Below are positions 51,121 to 64,000 of a stretch of DNA of 64,000 nt, one piece after another. The stretch spans positions 1 to 64,000 of the forward strand of contig NW_026855732.1 in NCBI RefSeq assembly GCF_026571515.1, written 5' to 3'. The stretch's first letter is position 1. Every line of letters begins with the position of its first letter. The stretch comes from Ruditapes philippinarum (Eukaryota). Below the pieces are notes generated by a model, which was given only the letters and a program-made list of their open reading frames with translations, had not been told where the DNA came from and did no database searches. The position numbers and the translations under genes are program-made.

Positions 51121-53759
51121 ATAATTCGATACCACAGCATCCAATATCATACATGATCATATGATTACTGATATTACTCGACGCTGGACTGTCTAATATT
51201 TACAGCTCTCTTCATATATATATTAGATCCTGATTCAACTTCAAAAGCAAAATACTTAAATATATCTATCATTCATTGAACAGAAAGAAATTTAGTCTCC
51301 TATTTTTATACATTTACTGTTTTTGATTTAAATGTATATTAAACAAAATGACCCTACCTAACAAGCGATTCAATATACTTAAACTATATATAATATAACC
51401 GCAGCTCCCTCGTATCATATATCCGTGCCTACCTTTGAATGCATAATAAGTTTGAATCAGTGTTTTTTTTAAATATAATCATTATAAAACAAAATGTGAC
51501 ATAATGCTGATCAAAACATTCCGTTAACTAAGCGTTTTTAATATCATTGTGCTTATGTTCACTGCAGAGTTTAATATTAAAATTTGTGTAGCAAATTTAT
51601 ATGTTACAAATCATTAGGTAAATTGCAATAAAAAAGCAATGGAAATTATGTAATCATTTCAATTTAATCTTAAATGGTTAGCCTAGACCGACAAATAGTT
51701 ATAATGTCTGCCTAAATGTCTTGAATACCATAATTTCCCAACGATTCTATGGTATTACAGGGACTTAGCAATATCTAACATCAAATCCAATCCAATAAAT
51801 ATCTCTACCATGGTATATATGCCATCAATGTATGATCTATATCGCTATATAGAAACGCCAATGGGACGTTTCATAAAACATACAATAAGAACTGAATGCT
51901 AATACTTTACTTACTACACACGAATGTAATATTTACTTATTTAACACTTTATATGCACATTGTTTCAGAGTTTAGGTTACTAGCTATGTATTTGTAGTTA
52001 CATTTGCTTAGAGAATTCTGGATAATTATGAAGAATATCTTAATGTAGCGTGCTTTATCTCTTTAGGTATGCTTGTTTACGGGTTTTGTCTAAGTAAATA
52101 TTATATGCGTTAGATATTTTTGTCTCTAGCATTAGTAATAGATATGTATCAATATTGACTTTCATGAAAAACTTTAGAAAAAAAGGAGACAAAAACACTA
52201 CTATACTGGAATCAGTGATCACAATTGACCACACAAATTTACATCGCTTAAGTGAAGTGAGGGGCAACCATTTTAAAAGCCACCATACGGCACAAATCAG
52301 TCACATTTGTATTATCGTTTTCTTGTCTGCTTTCCTCATTCGGACAATTTATACACTCTTACTTGATATAAGTAGAGGATACTGAATGTACTAAATTTAT
52401 TGAACGAGATGAATAAAATCATATTATGCGAGCCTCTGGTTTTATTACACTCCTACGCCATAGTTTATGTAATAAGAATAATGACATAACTTTTTTTTTT
52501 TTTTTTAATTTCAGCAACATAGTTGCTCATTTATTTTCCCCGTCCATGTGGAAAGTGGGGTCGGGGAACCATCCACCACTTCCACTTACAATATGATACA
52601 TCTATCCCAGTATATTATGAACATACAAAGTTATATTATATGATAATAGTGTTTTCAACATAACAACAGAACTATAAAAAAAAGCCATACATATTCATAC
52701 AGTATATAATGTTGAAATGAAAAAAAAAATGTTCCATGGGGGCAGATTTATATAGTGTTTAAAGATGGGGGGTTTTTATGTTTAAAAAAAAAAATATGTT
52801 TCACAAATCTTAAAAAAACATTTTCTAGCCAAAGCTAACTGCCATGTTTTGTATGTTATATTATTTTGATTGTACATAATTCACATATTTAGTGTATATA
52901 TTCAATGCTAAATGTATAACAAGTTCACAGACAAAAACTGCAGCTTAATATAATAAAGCAATTTTAATTGTAGTGAGCACAGGTACCTGTAACAACACTC
53001 ATCTCCAATGCTCTATATTTGCTATATACTACAGTCTTATCACAGCATATTGCCCATATAGAGCACGGTGAAGACAGTCCTGCCTCAAGTACATGTGGTA
53101 GTGAGTAAGTAAACAATCTTTCTAGTATGCTTAGGAGCGTTGTCTCCCTTAAATCACTGATATATTTATGTTTCAGATGAAATATAATGGTAATGCCTAA
53201 TTGCTAGAAAAAAACAACGACTTTTAAATGTTAATATGAACAAGTTCTTTCATCATGTAAGTTCTAAAAAAAAAAAAATTATTTTTTTTCACTGCTTTAA
53301 AATACTTCAAGTCTAACCTAGACAGGTGAATTGTACACTTTTCATAGTCAAAGACTAAACTTATAACACTTATTACAAAATGTGTGTATACAAATTTATG
53401 TACATAAATAATACACAAATTATCAGAATATAAATACAAATGTAGACAGAAAGCTTTATGTATGAATTGATTCATAAAAAAAATAGATATGTAAAAGGTT
53501 TCTGGTGTAAACTACTAGAGTTTCCTTCTTAATGAAAAATGATAAATAAAAACAATTGAAAATAAGAATCAGAAAGGATGTGAATAAGGCGACGGAAGAC
53601 CACATCATAATGGTAGTGGGTGAGAGTTAAGAAAACTGTTTTTTTTTTTTCGTTTTTTTTTGCTTTGCATATAGTTATGTTAAATAGAAATTTCATAAAA
53701 ACCTTTCAAGTATAGTACATGGATATAATATTCCCTATTGGGATTCAACTGGAAGAATC

Positions 53760-56700
53760 AGACTAAAATTTTTGCCATGACCTTTCGAAATTTTCATACC
53801 TGACCGTTTGTTTTGCAACACATTTTTCAATGTTTATAATTGGCTATTATTTGTGACTTAAAAATTTCCAGTCCAGGCCTTATTTTTTTCATTTTACTAT
53901 AATATATAAATTGCTTTGCCCATAATATTATCTTATTTATAACAATATCTAATTTTGTATTACCAAAATAATATATCTATAGTAGTCCAATCATTAAAAT
54001 TCAGATTACATTTATTTATTATATAAGACTGAAGTTGCCGCCAAAATTGTTTAATTATTTCACAGTCATTGAACAAATGGATCAAAGTTTCTGGCTGACT
54101 TTGGCAAAAAGTACAAGCATCTTCATTAGTAAGATTCATTTTTTTCATCAAGTGATTTTTGTTCCTAGTATTCTATGGTTAATCCTAAATTGGAACCAAG
54201 TTATTTTGGGGTCTTTAGTAAATTTATAACTCATATCATATATTGAATTCCTTTAAAAAAATCCTGGGTCTGTGATATCTCTTAATTCATCTTGCCATTT
54301 TTGTAAAGAACTAGGAAAATGACCTGCATCTTGCATTGCTTTATAGATTGATTTACACCCTTTTTTATCCTTAATTATTAGTGCTAGAGTTTGTGGAATA
54401 TGTGTATAGAAGCTAAGTTTTTTTAATAAATGTTGCATATTATTTACTTCAAGGAATTCATTTACAGCTGTTAACATACCTCTATATTCCAAAAAGTTGC
54501 TTCCTTATATTATAAGTTTCCAAAAAATTCAGTATATGTGTAAAAATCTCCATTTTGATTTAAAAGATCACCTAAAAAACAGAACCCCTTTAGAGATCCA
54601 TCTATTAATACAAACACTTGAATTTCCAACTTTAATTCCTGGGTTAAGCCATAAATGAACTGAAAAACACTGTTTACTATTTTCTGGTTTTACATTTAGA
54701 GATAAAACATAATAGCTATATAGAACATCTTTCCAGAATGGATTAATATCTAAATGTAGTTTTGTTTTTATATAATCTGAGCCATATTTGGAGATATGGT
54801 TTACATATGGACATATACTATCTACTAAAAAACTAAATTTGTTATTTTAAATTGGACAGCCTTCGTATCCATGTTACTTTTAGACTATTACTAAATTTTT
54901 TTAAATCTACCATTTTCAACCCTCCAAACTTGTAGTCTTTGGTAATAATATTCCTTTTGACTTTATCTACAGAATTATTCCATATAAATTTGAAGAAAAG
55001 GTTCTGTATGGTGGTAATTTTGTCCAAGGGTGGATTTGGTAAACTCAAAATAAATGATTTAACTTTGCAAGAGCAAGGGATTTTACAACAACCAGTTTTC
55101 CTATTGGAGAAAGGACTCTTTTAGACCAGTTCGCAAATAATCTCTTGATTTCTTCAATTTTTTAAGTCAAAATTTAAATCTATAATTTCAGATAAATCTG
55201 TAGTAAATTTAACACCTAGAACTGTAAAGATTTTTTTCGTTCCATGACAGATTATACTCTGGACAAAGAATAACATTACTGTTTTTTTCCGATCCAAACC
55301 AGATAACTTTTGTTTTATCTACATTAATATTAAGGCCTGAGATCTCTAGCATAAAAATTTTAATGTTAACATTGTGTTCTTAAGAGATTTTTTTGTACCA
55401 TCTAAAAACAAACTAGTGTCATCCGCATATTGGGATATCTTGTATTCTTTTCCACAGATTTTTATACCTTTTATATTTTTATTGTTTCTTATCATGATTG
55501 AAAGAAATTTCAGCACATAGAATGAAAAGGTAAGGCGACAGAGCATCTCCTTGACGACAGCCTCTCTGTAGTAAGAACCATTCAGACATATGTCCATTTT
55601 ACAATCACACATGATTCAATATTGGTATAAAACAATTTAATCCAGGTTTTTAATAGAATTGCCAAAATTGAAAAAGTCTAAAACTTGGTACATAAAGTTC
55701 CAGGAGACAGTATCAAATGCCGCTGCAAAGTCAATTAAAAGTAATAAACCAGGCATATTATTTTTTTCTGTATTAAAAAGCAGATCATATAACATTCTTA
55801 TATTTGATGCCATTAGTCTACCTGGTAAGAATCCAGTTTGGTCTTCATTTATAATATTAACTAATACATTTTTAATACGAAAAGCGATTGAGGCAGAGGC
55901 TACCTTATAAGCAACATTTAATAAAGAAATAGGTCTCCAATTTTTTAAGTAAAGTTTATCTTTATTACCTTTGGGTATACAGGTTATGTCTCCCTGTTTT
56001 TGAGTAATTGATAATTCTCCAATTGAGTGAGCATAATTAATTGACCTTACTAAAAATGTGCCAATATCATTCCAGAAAAATTTGAAAAATTCTACTGTAA
56101 AACCATCATTTCCAGGACTAGTATTATTAGACATGCGCTTTTAAAGAATTTAACATTTCGGTGTATGTCAGAGCTCTCCTCAATGGATTGCTTATCAATT
56201 TCTGTTAGTTTTCGGAACATTAAAATCACTCAGTGTTTCAGTTAAAGATATATTTTCAGTTTCTTTCACTTTATATAAATTTTCATAGTGTTGTTTTGTT
56301 TCAGTAAGAATTTCATCTTGTGTTTTTTAAAATATCACCTTTTTTTTGAGATTAAGTGTTCATAAACTTTGAAACATAATTTCTATTTTCGAGATTACAA
56401 AAGTAACGGGTAGTTTTTCTCCTTCATGTATCCATTTAGCTTTTGATCGAATGAAAATGCCATCCATTTTTTTTTCTTAAATCAGCAAGCTGTCTTCTTT
56501 TACTTTCTAACAGTTCATAATTTATATTTTTGTTTTTTTTCAAATATTTCGATTTCTTTTAAAAGTTTATCTTCTTTATTAATTTCTGTTTTTTTCTTAT
56601 GTGAAGCATAACTAATTGTTTTCCCTCTAATATTTAATAGCAAGGTCTCAAAAAAATAACTGATCATTAACATTAAATCTTATTTCTTGAAGGGGTATAT

Positions 56701-57545
56701 TATCTATATCTGATACATCTAATGAATACTGTAGTTTTGTTTCCGGTAATAATATTTTTCACTTCATTTATGTATTTTTCATCTCTTAAGAGGGAATTAT
56801 TAAATTTCCAGTAAGACCGCCCCTTTTTTAAATTTACCAAATTCTAGTGACATTAAAATAAGTGAATGATTCTGTAACGATACCCAGGTAAAATTAAAGT
56901 TTTGTCAATATCGGTATATAAAGTATCTGAAATTAGGGAAAAAGTCAAGGCGTGCTTTTTTCTTTGGATTTTGTCTAAACCACGTATATTCCCTTTTTTC
57001 CAAGTTATTTTCTCTCCAGCAATCCATTAGGTTAAACTCTGACATTAAACTGTGTAGCTTATCACGTGCATTTGGATTGTTTAAGTGTAAGTAATTAAAA
57101 CAATCTATATCTGGATTAAGTACCATGTTTAAATCTCCAGCAAGAATATATAAAGTATTATTGAATTGTGACATTTTCTCTGAAACCATCTCATAAAAAT
57201 TTGGGTTGTCTCTATTTGGTCCATAAATATTTAATAGAGTGATATCTTTATCGCATATTTTACAGTTCAGAATAAGCAAATTACCTTCATTATCCTTCTC
57301 GATATTATTTACTTTACAATCAAAATTATTGCAACACCCCGAGATTGACTATTGAAATAAGAAAAGTAGGTATCATATCCCCATATGGACCGTATATACT
57401 TTTCTTCCTTATTTGTGAAATGAGTGTCTTGTAACATACATATTGAGTACTTTTTACTTTTTAAGAAATTAATAACATCTCTACGTTTAGCTCTGTCGCC
57501 TAGGCATTGAACATTCATAGAAATCACTGACACATTATTTGTCAT
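53760..57545 (-). pseudogene. LINE ORF2 (APE endonuclease - reverse transcriptase - zf-RVT), multiply frameshifted
   Basis: Fragments: ISMNVQCL..LQDTH..SRGVAI, NIYGPN, AGDLN, ARLDFF (APE); SPGNDG, KNWRPISLLN, DFAAAFD, QYADDT (RT); GGLKMVD; CTFCQSQPETLIHLFNDC (Zn finger). 3' end approximate. Confidence 0.9.
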
Positions 57546-58517
57546 GGCTATCTAAATCATGAAAAAATTGTCTAAAAACATGTGAAAAAGAAAATATAAT
57601 TGTCTGATATTTTATGAGAACAGGTAAAACTTCTTGATAGATATATAGAGTATTTAAATAAAAACCTTTAAAAATGTAGGGTCTCACCCAAAAACTTAAT
57701 GGGTCATCCACCAAAAACCTTATATTATCCATTAGTTTGTAATTTTTATATGAATCGATCGGCATGTTGAAGAAGAGGGCTTTAAATTAAATTTAAGCTG
57801 TAATATATTCTCCATTTCACTAGGGGGCAGTAAATGTGCCTATTCATATATAAAAGGATTGTGCTTTTACAAAAAAAAAGAGTGAAAAAGTTTATAAATA
57901 TAATGTAGGAAACATATATATACTGTATGTGTTATACCATTTCCAGGTATTTTCAATAAGTTTATATAACAACAATACAAATACCAGTACATAGAGTATA
58001 ACTTTACATTCCAAAAAGAAAATAAACAGTAAAAAGTAAACAACATACTCATTGATTTACTGTGTTTTGACCATTTTCCCTGTGCCTCTGCCCATTCACA
58101 TTAGATTCATATCTTACACAGTTCACGTTTCACTGAAAAAAATAAGAACCAGACCACAAAGAACCGCTTTCAAAACGTAATCATACTACTTTTTTTTCTA
58201 TTATCTGGGATTAAAATAACTTAGTTTTAATGTATCCCAGTAATTATAAATATATACATGTACCGAAACGGCGAAAGGACGAACTGACTCATCAAAACAA
58301 ATATACGAAAGAACATCAAATCTACTTTTAAACTTTATAAAGAAAACATTTCTACGTGTGTTTTTCAATTAAGAGGTTTGCATTTTACTTAAGTTTTCAT
58401 ACCGTAATATCTCCCAGCTTTGGTGTTGTGAACAACAGTTTATAATTCTTGACAGGTAAAATTTGGCATGGGTGCAGCCATTTTATCAGGTGGCGCTGTT
58501 TGCGCACTGCGCATCAG

Positions 58518-58691
58518 CCAATCACAGTATAGTAAGTGAAATTACCCAACAGGCTCAGTATAAAAATAAACACTACCACGTGCTTACGCACGTGTTTAAT
58601 GTAAACAATCCAATCACGGTATCGAAAGTGAAATTACCCAAGAGGGGCCGTATACAAGTAAACACTACCGCACATGTTTAATGTAAACAAT
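58518..58691 (+). repeat. Two-copy ~85-bp tandem duplication in the LINE inter-ORF spacer
   Basis: CCAATCAC.GTAT...AAGTGAAATTACCCAA.AGG...GTATA.AA.TAAACACTACC...TGTTTAATGTAAACAAT occurs twice. Confidence 0.85.
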
Positions 58692-58956
58692 ATTTTAATA
58701 GAAACAATTAATGTTCACGTATTCTTCCTAGGGTAAAGAGGCACAGTAAAGCATAGTTTGATAGTAATTCATGTTTGATAGAAAGTCAAAAAATAAATTT
58801 AAACAAAAAATAGTTAACAGTATATATATCTATATATGAAAACTACACAATTTTGAACATTTTCCCAACAAAATATTAGTCAAATAAATGTAAACATTAG
58901 TGCTATATCTATCAGTCTATGTATGAATAGTTACCAAACCACACAAAGTCACTTAA

Positions 58957-59877
58957 TTAAGATTCCGTGCTTGGTATCACAGTTCCTGAGGACCCGACGG
59001 GCACTTTATCCAGATCACTTAGACGAGATACCACTAGTTTTTTATTGTTTTTCAGTAATGCCACGATTCTGCCTTCATCGCTCCAGGCAGCCTTTACCTG
59101 ATCGTGTGCGGAGGTGTTTTCCAGAAGTTTTGCGTTGACCCGTGTGAGGTCTTCTCTTATGACGATGAACGAACCCTTAAGTTGTCTGCGAGCTTTCAAT
59201 ACTTCATGTTTGAGATATCTCTGTACAAACTTACATATGATGGGCCTGTTCCCATCACTACGGAACTTCCCGATCCTATGTGTGATGTCAAAGTCTCCAT
59301 TTCCGACTTTTATATGTAGCTTATCGGAAATAATTGAAATTACCTTCTTACATGTGTCCTTGTAGTTTTCACTGACATCGTCTGCAACTCCGTAAATTCT
59401 GACGCTGTTACATCGCGTATACTGTTCTAGATGATTGTTCTTTTCTTCCAATGATTTAACTTTAACTTCCCTTTCATCTATTTGCTCTTGAAGCGTTTTG
59501 TTTTTATGTAGTAACTGATGGTTTCCTTCCTGCAGTTGATCGGTTTTTACTTCTAAATCTGATACTTTATTTCTCAGAGTTTCTACTACATCTTCTATTG
59601 ACTTAACCCTATCACTTACTACCTTCACTTCTTTATGTATATTATCTAGTTCCTTCTGCACTTGGAGTTTAATTACTTTTTCTAGGTCTTTGAGCTTCTT
59701 ACCAAGCAGATCCTCAGTAATCATTAATTTAAATTTTGATTCAATGTATTCTTGTGATGCCAAACTATCTAATTTATCAGAGACACTCTTCAATATATGC
59801 TTCAACTCATCAGGATTTGCATTAAATATCAAATGTTTATCAAGGGTGGGCTGGGTAGAAGCCTCGCTTGGTTTACA
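58957..59877 (-). CDS. LINE ORF1 (coiled coil + L1-type RRM/CTD), N-terminally truncated
   Basis: Coiled coil, LEQYTRCNSVRIYGV, HRIGK..RPIICKF, IREDLT motifs. The frame stays open upstream of 59832 up to the TSD with no ATG. Confidence 0.85.
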   Translation of the reverse strand, partial: CKPSEASTQPTLDKHLIFNANPDELKHILKSVSDKLDSLASQEYIESKFKLMITEDLLGKKLKDLEKVIKLQVQKELDNIHKEVKVVSDRVKSIEDVVETLRNKVSDLEVKTDQLQEGNHQLLHKNKTLQEQIDEREVKVKSLEEKNNHLEQYTRCNSVRIYGVADDVSENYKDTCKKVISIISDKLHIKVGNGDFDITHRIGKFRSDGNRPIICKFVQRYLKHEVLKARRQLKGSFIVIREDLTRVNAKLLENTSAHDQVKAAWSDEGRIVALLKNNKKLVVSRLSDLDKVPVGSSGTVIPSTES

Positions 59878-62800
59878 TATGACATAACTTTGTTTTATAA
59901 TCTATAACTTTATATGGATTATCTATTTATGTGCATAAAGGAATGTTTTCGTTTGGGACTATCGCACGCTTCATAAGATTAGATTTTAGATATTAGTTAA
60001 TAAGGTTCCTTGTTTCATTAAAGAGAAAGCAATTAAGTTTAATATCAAAAACGTTCCAAAATCTGATAATCAATTATGGTTTTCCTAAAGCGGCTGTCTT
60101 ACATACCGTTGACTTTAATTAGACTGAATGATAAATATCACTCAAGGGAAATTGGCCAGAGACAGATTTGATTAATTAATATCCATCTTAAAGGACGATT
60201 TGATTATTATTTGCAAATCAACCGTAGTCGTGAACAACATTCACAAATTATTGGCTCGAACTGGTCAAAATATAGAAACTGATTAAGTTCTTGTCAACTG
60301 ATATCAATAATTATTATTATATTTTTAACACTTAAATCACGAATACAAAAACAATTTTTGTCCTTATTCACCGTATGGAACTGCTTGCGTCAAAATCAAT
60401 GTAAAAGGACTTCAGACTTGTAAACTATTTCACACTATATCCCTACCTCAGCTGAAGAAAGGAATGACAATATTGGTTATCCTTCAAAAACTTATTCATA
60501 AGCCATGTTCACTACTTTGTTTACATTTTCTTTCATTCATTTACTACAATGATTTAACAGTCAGCAAAAATTTCTTCATTTTTGTCAATGTCATGTCGAT
60601 ATCTATTCCATAAATGCCGTTATTTTTAGCATCCCTTAGAACTACAATGTACCTCGCATTTTTCAAACAATTAAGGTATTAGCTTTTTACAAACAGCTCT
60701 CTATAAGTTATTAATGAACTTATATAACTAATTGTCACATATGTCAGAAATGACCAAAGGGAAAATATTATTTACAAATAAAGCTGTTCGTGCTCCACTA
60801 TTCCTAGTGCTATAAAGTAAACTGAACTTTTATTGATAGTGAATTTCGCTGGTGTCGAACTTAAACCAGATGTGACAGAGAGAATGCAATCACATACATT
60901 TTTGAAATGTAATAGCGTTAAAATTATTAAACTTAATGACTATAAATGAAAACCTAACCGATACAGTAATTACACCAACGCTGATACCGCCAAGTAGACC
61001 TGACAATAGCTTCGGTTTTACATCGAAATTTGAAACACAAACATGAATAATAATTTTTTAACAAAATGCGTGATGTAACAGATTTAATAAAGCCGTTTTA
61101 GTTAGGCTTCAAGTAAAGCCTTGTAAACTATGGTTGGTATTTATATCACCAAGTTGCATTTCGTTATGCACAAGGATATCATATGCTTTGTTTGTAATAT
61201 GTTCGTCTTTTACAGGATATTCATAAAACGTATTCAAATCAGCTGAAGAAAAACAAATGTTTAAAAGGTCATTGCTGTTTTTGTTTCAGTATGTTCGTCG
61301 TTTAGAATGATGCTAATGTAAGAGAAAAAAGATCAATAAAATAAATGATGTTCATAAAATATATTCAAATCAGACAAAGAAAAATAAAAACAAATCTTTC
61401 AGCATTCTCAATTAAATGTTTTCGCCGTGTTATAAATCAGACAAAAGTTTTTGTTCTGTATATGAAAAGAACAAGTGCAATCGATATGCTTAAATTTGAA
61501 ACCCTTTTAGAAAGAAAATATGTTGATCCTCATGATTTTACTAAAATTTAATTACTTTTTGTTTCTTATTTCTTCCTTTTTTGTTTTGTTTTCCATGAAG
61601 TTCCAAGAAGTACGTTTCTAACAGCAATGTTTATCATCAGTCAGTTCAAGCTGTATTGTAGTAAAGATGGTTTAATTTCTTATAAAAAAAGTTATATATT
61701 AGGATGAAATAATGAAGTTTTTTAAGTTATGAACAAAAGGAGGGTAAGTTTTAACTCACTTCTTATGTTAATTTCAAAGATCATTTAGTTGGTGCGTTCA
61801 ACAAAATCATTTGTTCTGATTAATACTAGCTCTGGTGACCCAAATCTTTTGTTTAATAGTCATTTAACCTTTACAAGTTCAGGTGACCTTTCAAAGCTAT
61901 CAATATAAGCCAGATAGGGGCGATAAAATATCCTAAAAAGTTTTGTGTTCAATTCACTAAATTGGCTCCTGGTTAAAATTTGTCTATCTAACTTATTGCA
62001 AAAAGTACATGTAGATACCACGAAAAACAATCTATAGAAGAACGCCTATCAATGTGGATTGTTTTCTCTCTGAATATCAAATAAATTTTGATCATGCATC
62101 TGCATAATGTCAAACATATAATGAACATAAAGGGAATAGTTCCAAAAGGTGATAAATCATTGTAAGCAATACATATCTCGATTATGACAGCACTTTAGCG
62201 AAGATAAATCATCACAAGTCTAGGTTAAGGAGAATGCCAAAATCAGTCATAAGGTTCTCGCTCATGTCTTGATGTAAAATCAATGAATAGCCATTCAATC
62301 AACCAAATGCAAATATTGTGTATTCTAGATTAAAAAAATTAGGGTATTGATACACCATTATAAAAGAATTTAACAAATTACTTTTATATGTTGTTATATA
62401 GACACAACATGGATCATTTATCATTAAAAATTGAGTATGTCGGTTTTACAAAGCAAATAATTTTTTTATGTCATATTCTTTTATTGTGTTTTAATATTTT
62501 AACATTTACCTTTTAAATTTACAAAGGTACTTAGAAATCACCCTTGAACAGTAAAATTTAAATCAACATTTCTGAACCTGAAAACCTTCATTTTTATAAT
62601 TTCTTAAAAGTTATAATTATACTCTAATTATTCTTATTTTAAGCCGCACAGGATGAATAATAAACGAATAAATGACGAAAACCAGTATAAAACTTAAAAT
62701 TTTATTAATACTGGTTTCTTTCATACCGATTTATTTTTTTACGTTTTAGTTCAACATTTCTGGCTACAAATGTAGTATAATCTAATGTTATTTTAATAAT

Positions 62801-64000
62801 GGCCTCTCAGTGACAATCGCATTTAGATAAAGGAAAATCGATTGAGAGAACAGTAAAACCGGCGCAAACCTGCCTTAACTGGACTGTCATGAATTATTTT
62901 GGTGTTTATCGGTAAATGATCAAGGACTATTTGCATATCTAAAATTATTACACTCTACAAATGAGATTGTTATTTTCTTGAATACCGAATACATATTTGT
63001 AAACGATACATCAATAGAAAAATGGAAAACTAATATCTGTGAAAACAATTAATGTCTGACAAAAAGACTGGACACTCTGTGTCAGAAGAAAACAGCAAAA
63101 CAAAACATGTACAATAAAATCGCTAGAATTAGATTCGCTAAATTTAGATTACTGCCAAAATCGCGAAAATAACCTGATATACGGTATGTGTTAAGATTTT
63201 AAAAACTGCTGTTCATAACTGCCACATTTCGTTTGACATTTGTGCGTTTAACAACTTTTTAGCCTTTCAATCAACTAACCAGTGGCCACTGTGGTGAAAG
63301 CGAACAAAAAATAAATAAATAAATAAATAAATAAAAAAAAAATAACCTCTAGTAGCATTATAAAAACATATCAGCTATAAGAGGAGCACAATTAGTTCCC
63401 ATTGGGATGCTGTTTCTTTTTAAGCCGTCGTGAAACCAGAAATGTGTATTTCAGGATAATTATTACAGGTGAACGAAAAAGGCGATGCCCACGCCTTTTT
63501 AGATAAATAATCATAACTGCAAATCGGCTCTTACTCGGCAGTAATTAGTGTAGCCGCTATTTCATGAAGAGACCAGTGCTGATATTGAAAATTGTGATTG
63601 GCATATTTTAATTAGCCAGGTCAGGTGTTTCTAAAAAGGCTGATAACACTGTAGCAATGTGAGGATACATTCAAATTTATTACATAGATAATGCACGTGG
63701 AGTTCAGCTCGCAGAGACAAATGTGAACACAGTAACCTTTTGATATCCTTTAAACTTTATGAAAAATGTCAATTATTAATTGCTGACTGTTTTATATTTT
63801 CTAGAAAAAAGTAAGCAAAACATTATTTTGTTTCATATGACAGGAATGAATTGCATCAAAAATACTAGGTATTGTTGAAAACTCATTGTTTTACATGCCA
63901 GATTAAGTAATTGGACCCTATCCTTGTTTGTACGTGACTGCTGGGGAAAAATAATGTTATGCTTAATTAAAGAGGTGACACTTTCTATATTTTTATCTGA

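Larger units (their letters stand above)
52491..59878 (-). mobile_element. L1/Tx1-clade LINE retrotransposon, 5'-truncated within ORF1, ~7.4 kb
   Basis: Poly(A) tail (T16 at 52491-52506 on +); target-site duplication ATGACATAAC(TTT) at 52481 and 59879; ORF1 plus fragmented ORF2 (APE endonuclease, RT, Zn finger). Confidence 0.92.

Noticed and set aside
50791-51124. 104-aa and 74-aa ORFs
   Set aside because: They overlap a corrupted MITE copy; no protein motifs.
60000-64000. Possible exons or elements at the window end, including a small hairpin near 62677-62720
   Set aside because: No phase-consistent exons or recognisable domains; the inverted repeat is too short to call in AT-rich DNA.

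Overview
AT-rich, intron-containing eukaryotic DNA. The SINE/MITE/Helentron content and gene families suggest a bivalve mollusc (inference). By tracing GT-AG sites and codon phase by hand I reconstructed four protein-coding genes: (1) a 14-exon FAM234/ITFG3-like type II membrane FG-GAP beta-propeller gene (- strand, 4372-21209, 917 aa) with a large Asp/Asn-rich insert; (2) a divergently oriented NLR-like gene (CXorf38/DUF4559 HEPN-like domain, coiled coil, NACHT, LRR-like region; + strand, 25017-32241) with one frameshift just before the NACHT; (3) a 3-exon secreted PAN/Apple-EB-PAN protein (- strand, 33822-37149); (4) a ZIP (SLC39) metal transporter with an intronless CDS (+ strand, 39243-40304). 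A 5'-truncated L1/Tx1-type LINE with poly(A) tail and target-site duplication spans 52491-59878. Non-coding DNA holds TA- and TTAA-flanked MITEs, a satellite-bearing Helentron-like element, a tRNA-derived SINE and an interleaved inverted-repeat structure. An NLR intron also holds a 107-bp tRNA-derived mini-LTR with a purine tract upstream and a tRNA-Lys primer-binding site downstream. Some segments look like poorly polished assembly, so frameshifts must be treated cautiously. All family names come from motif recognition, not database searches.
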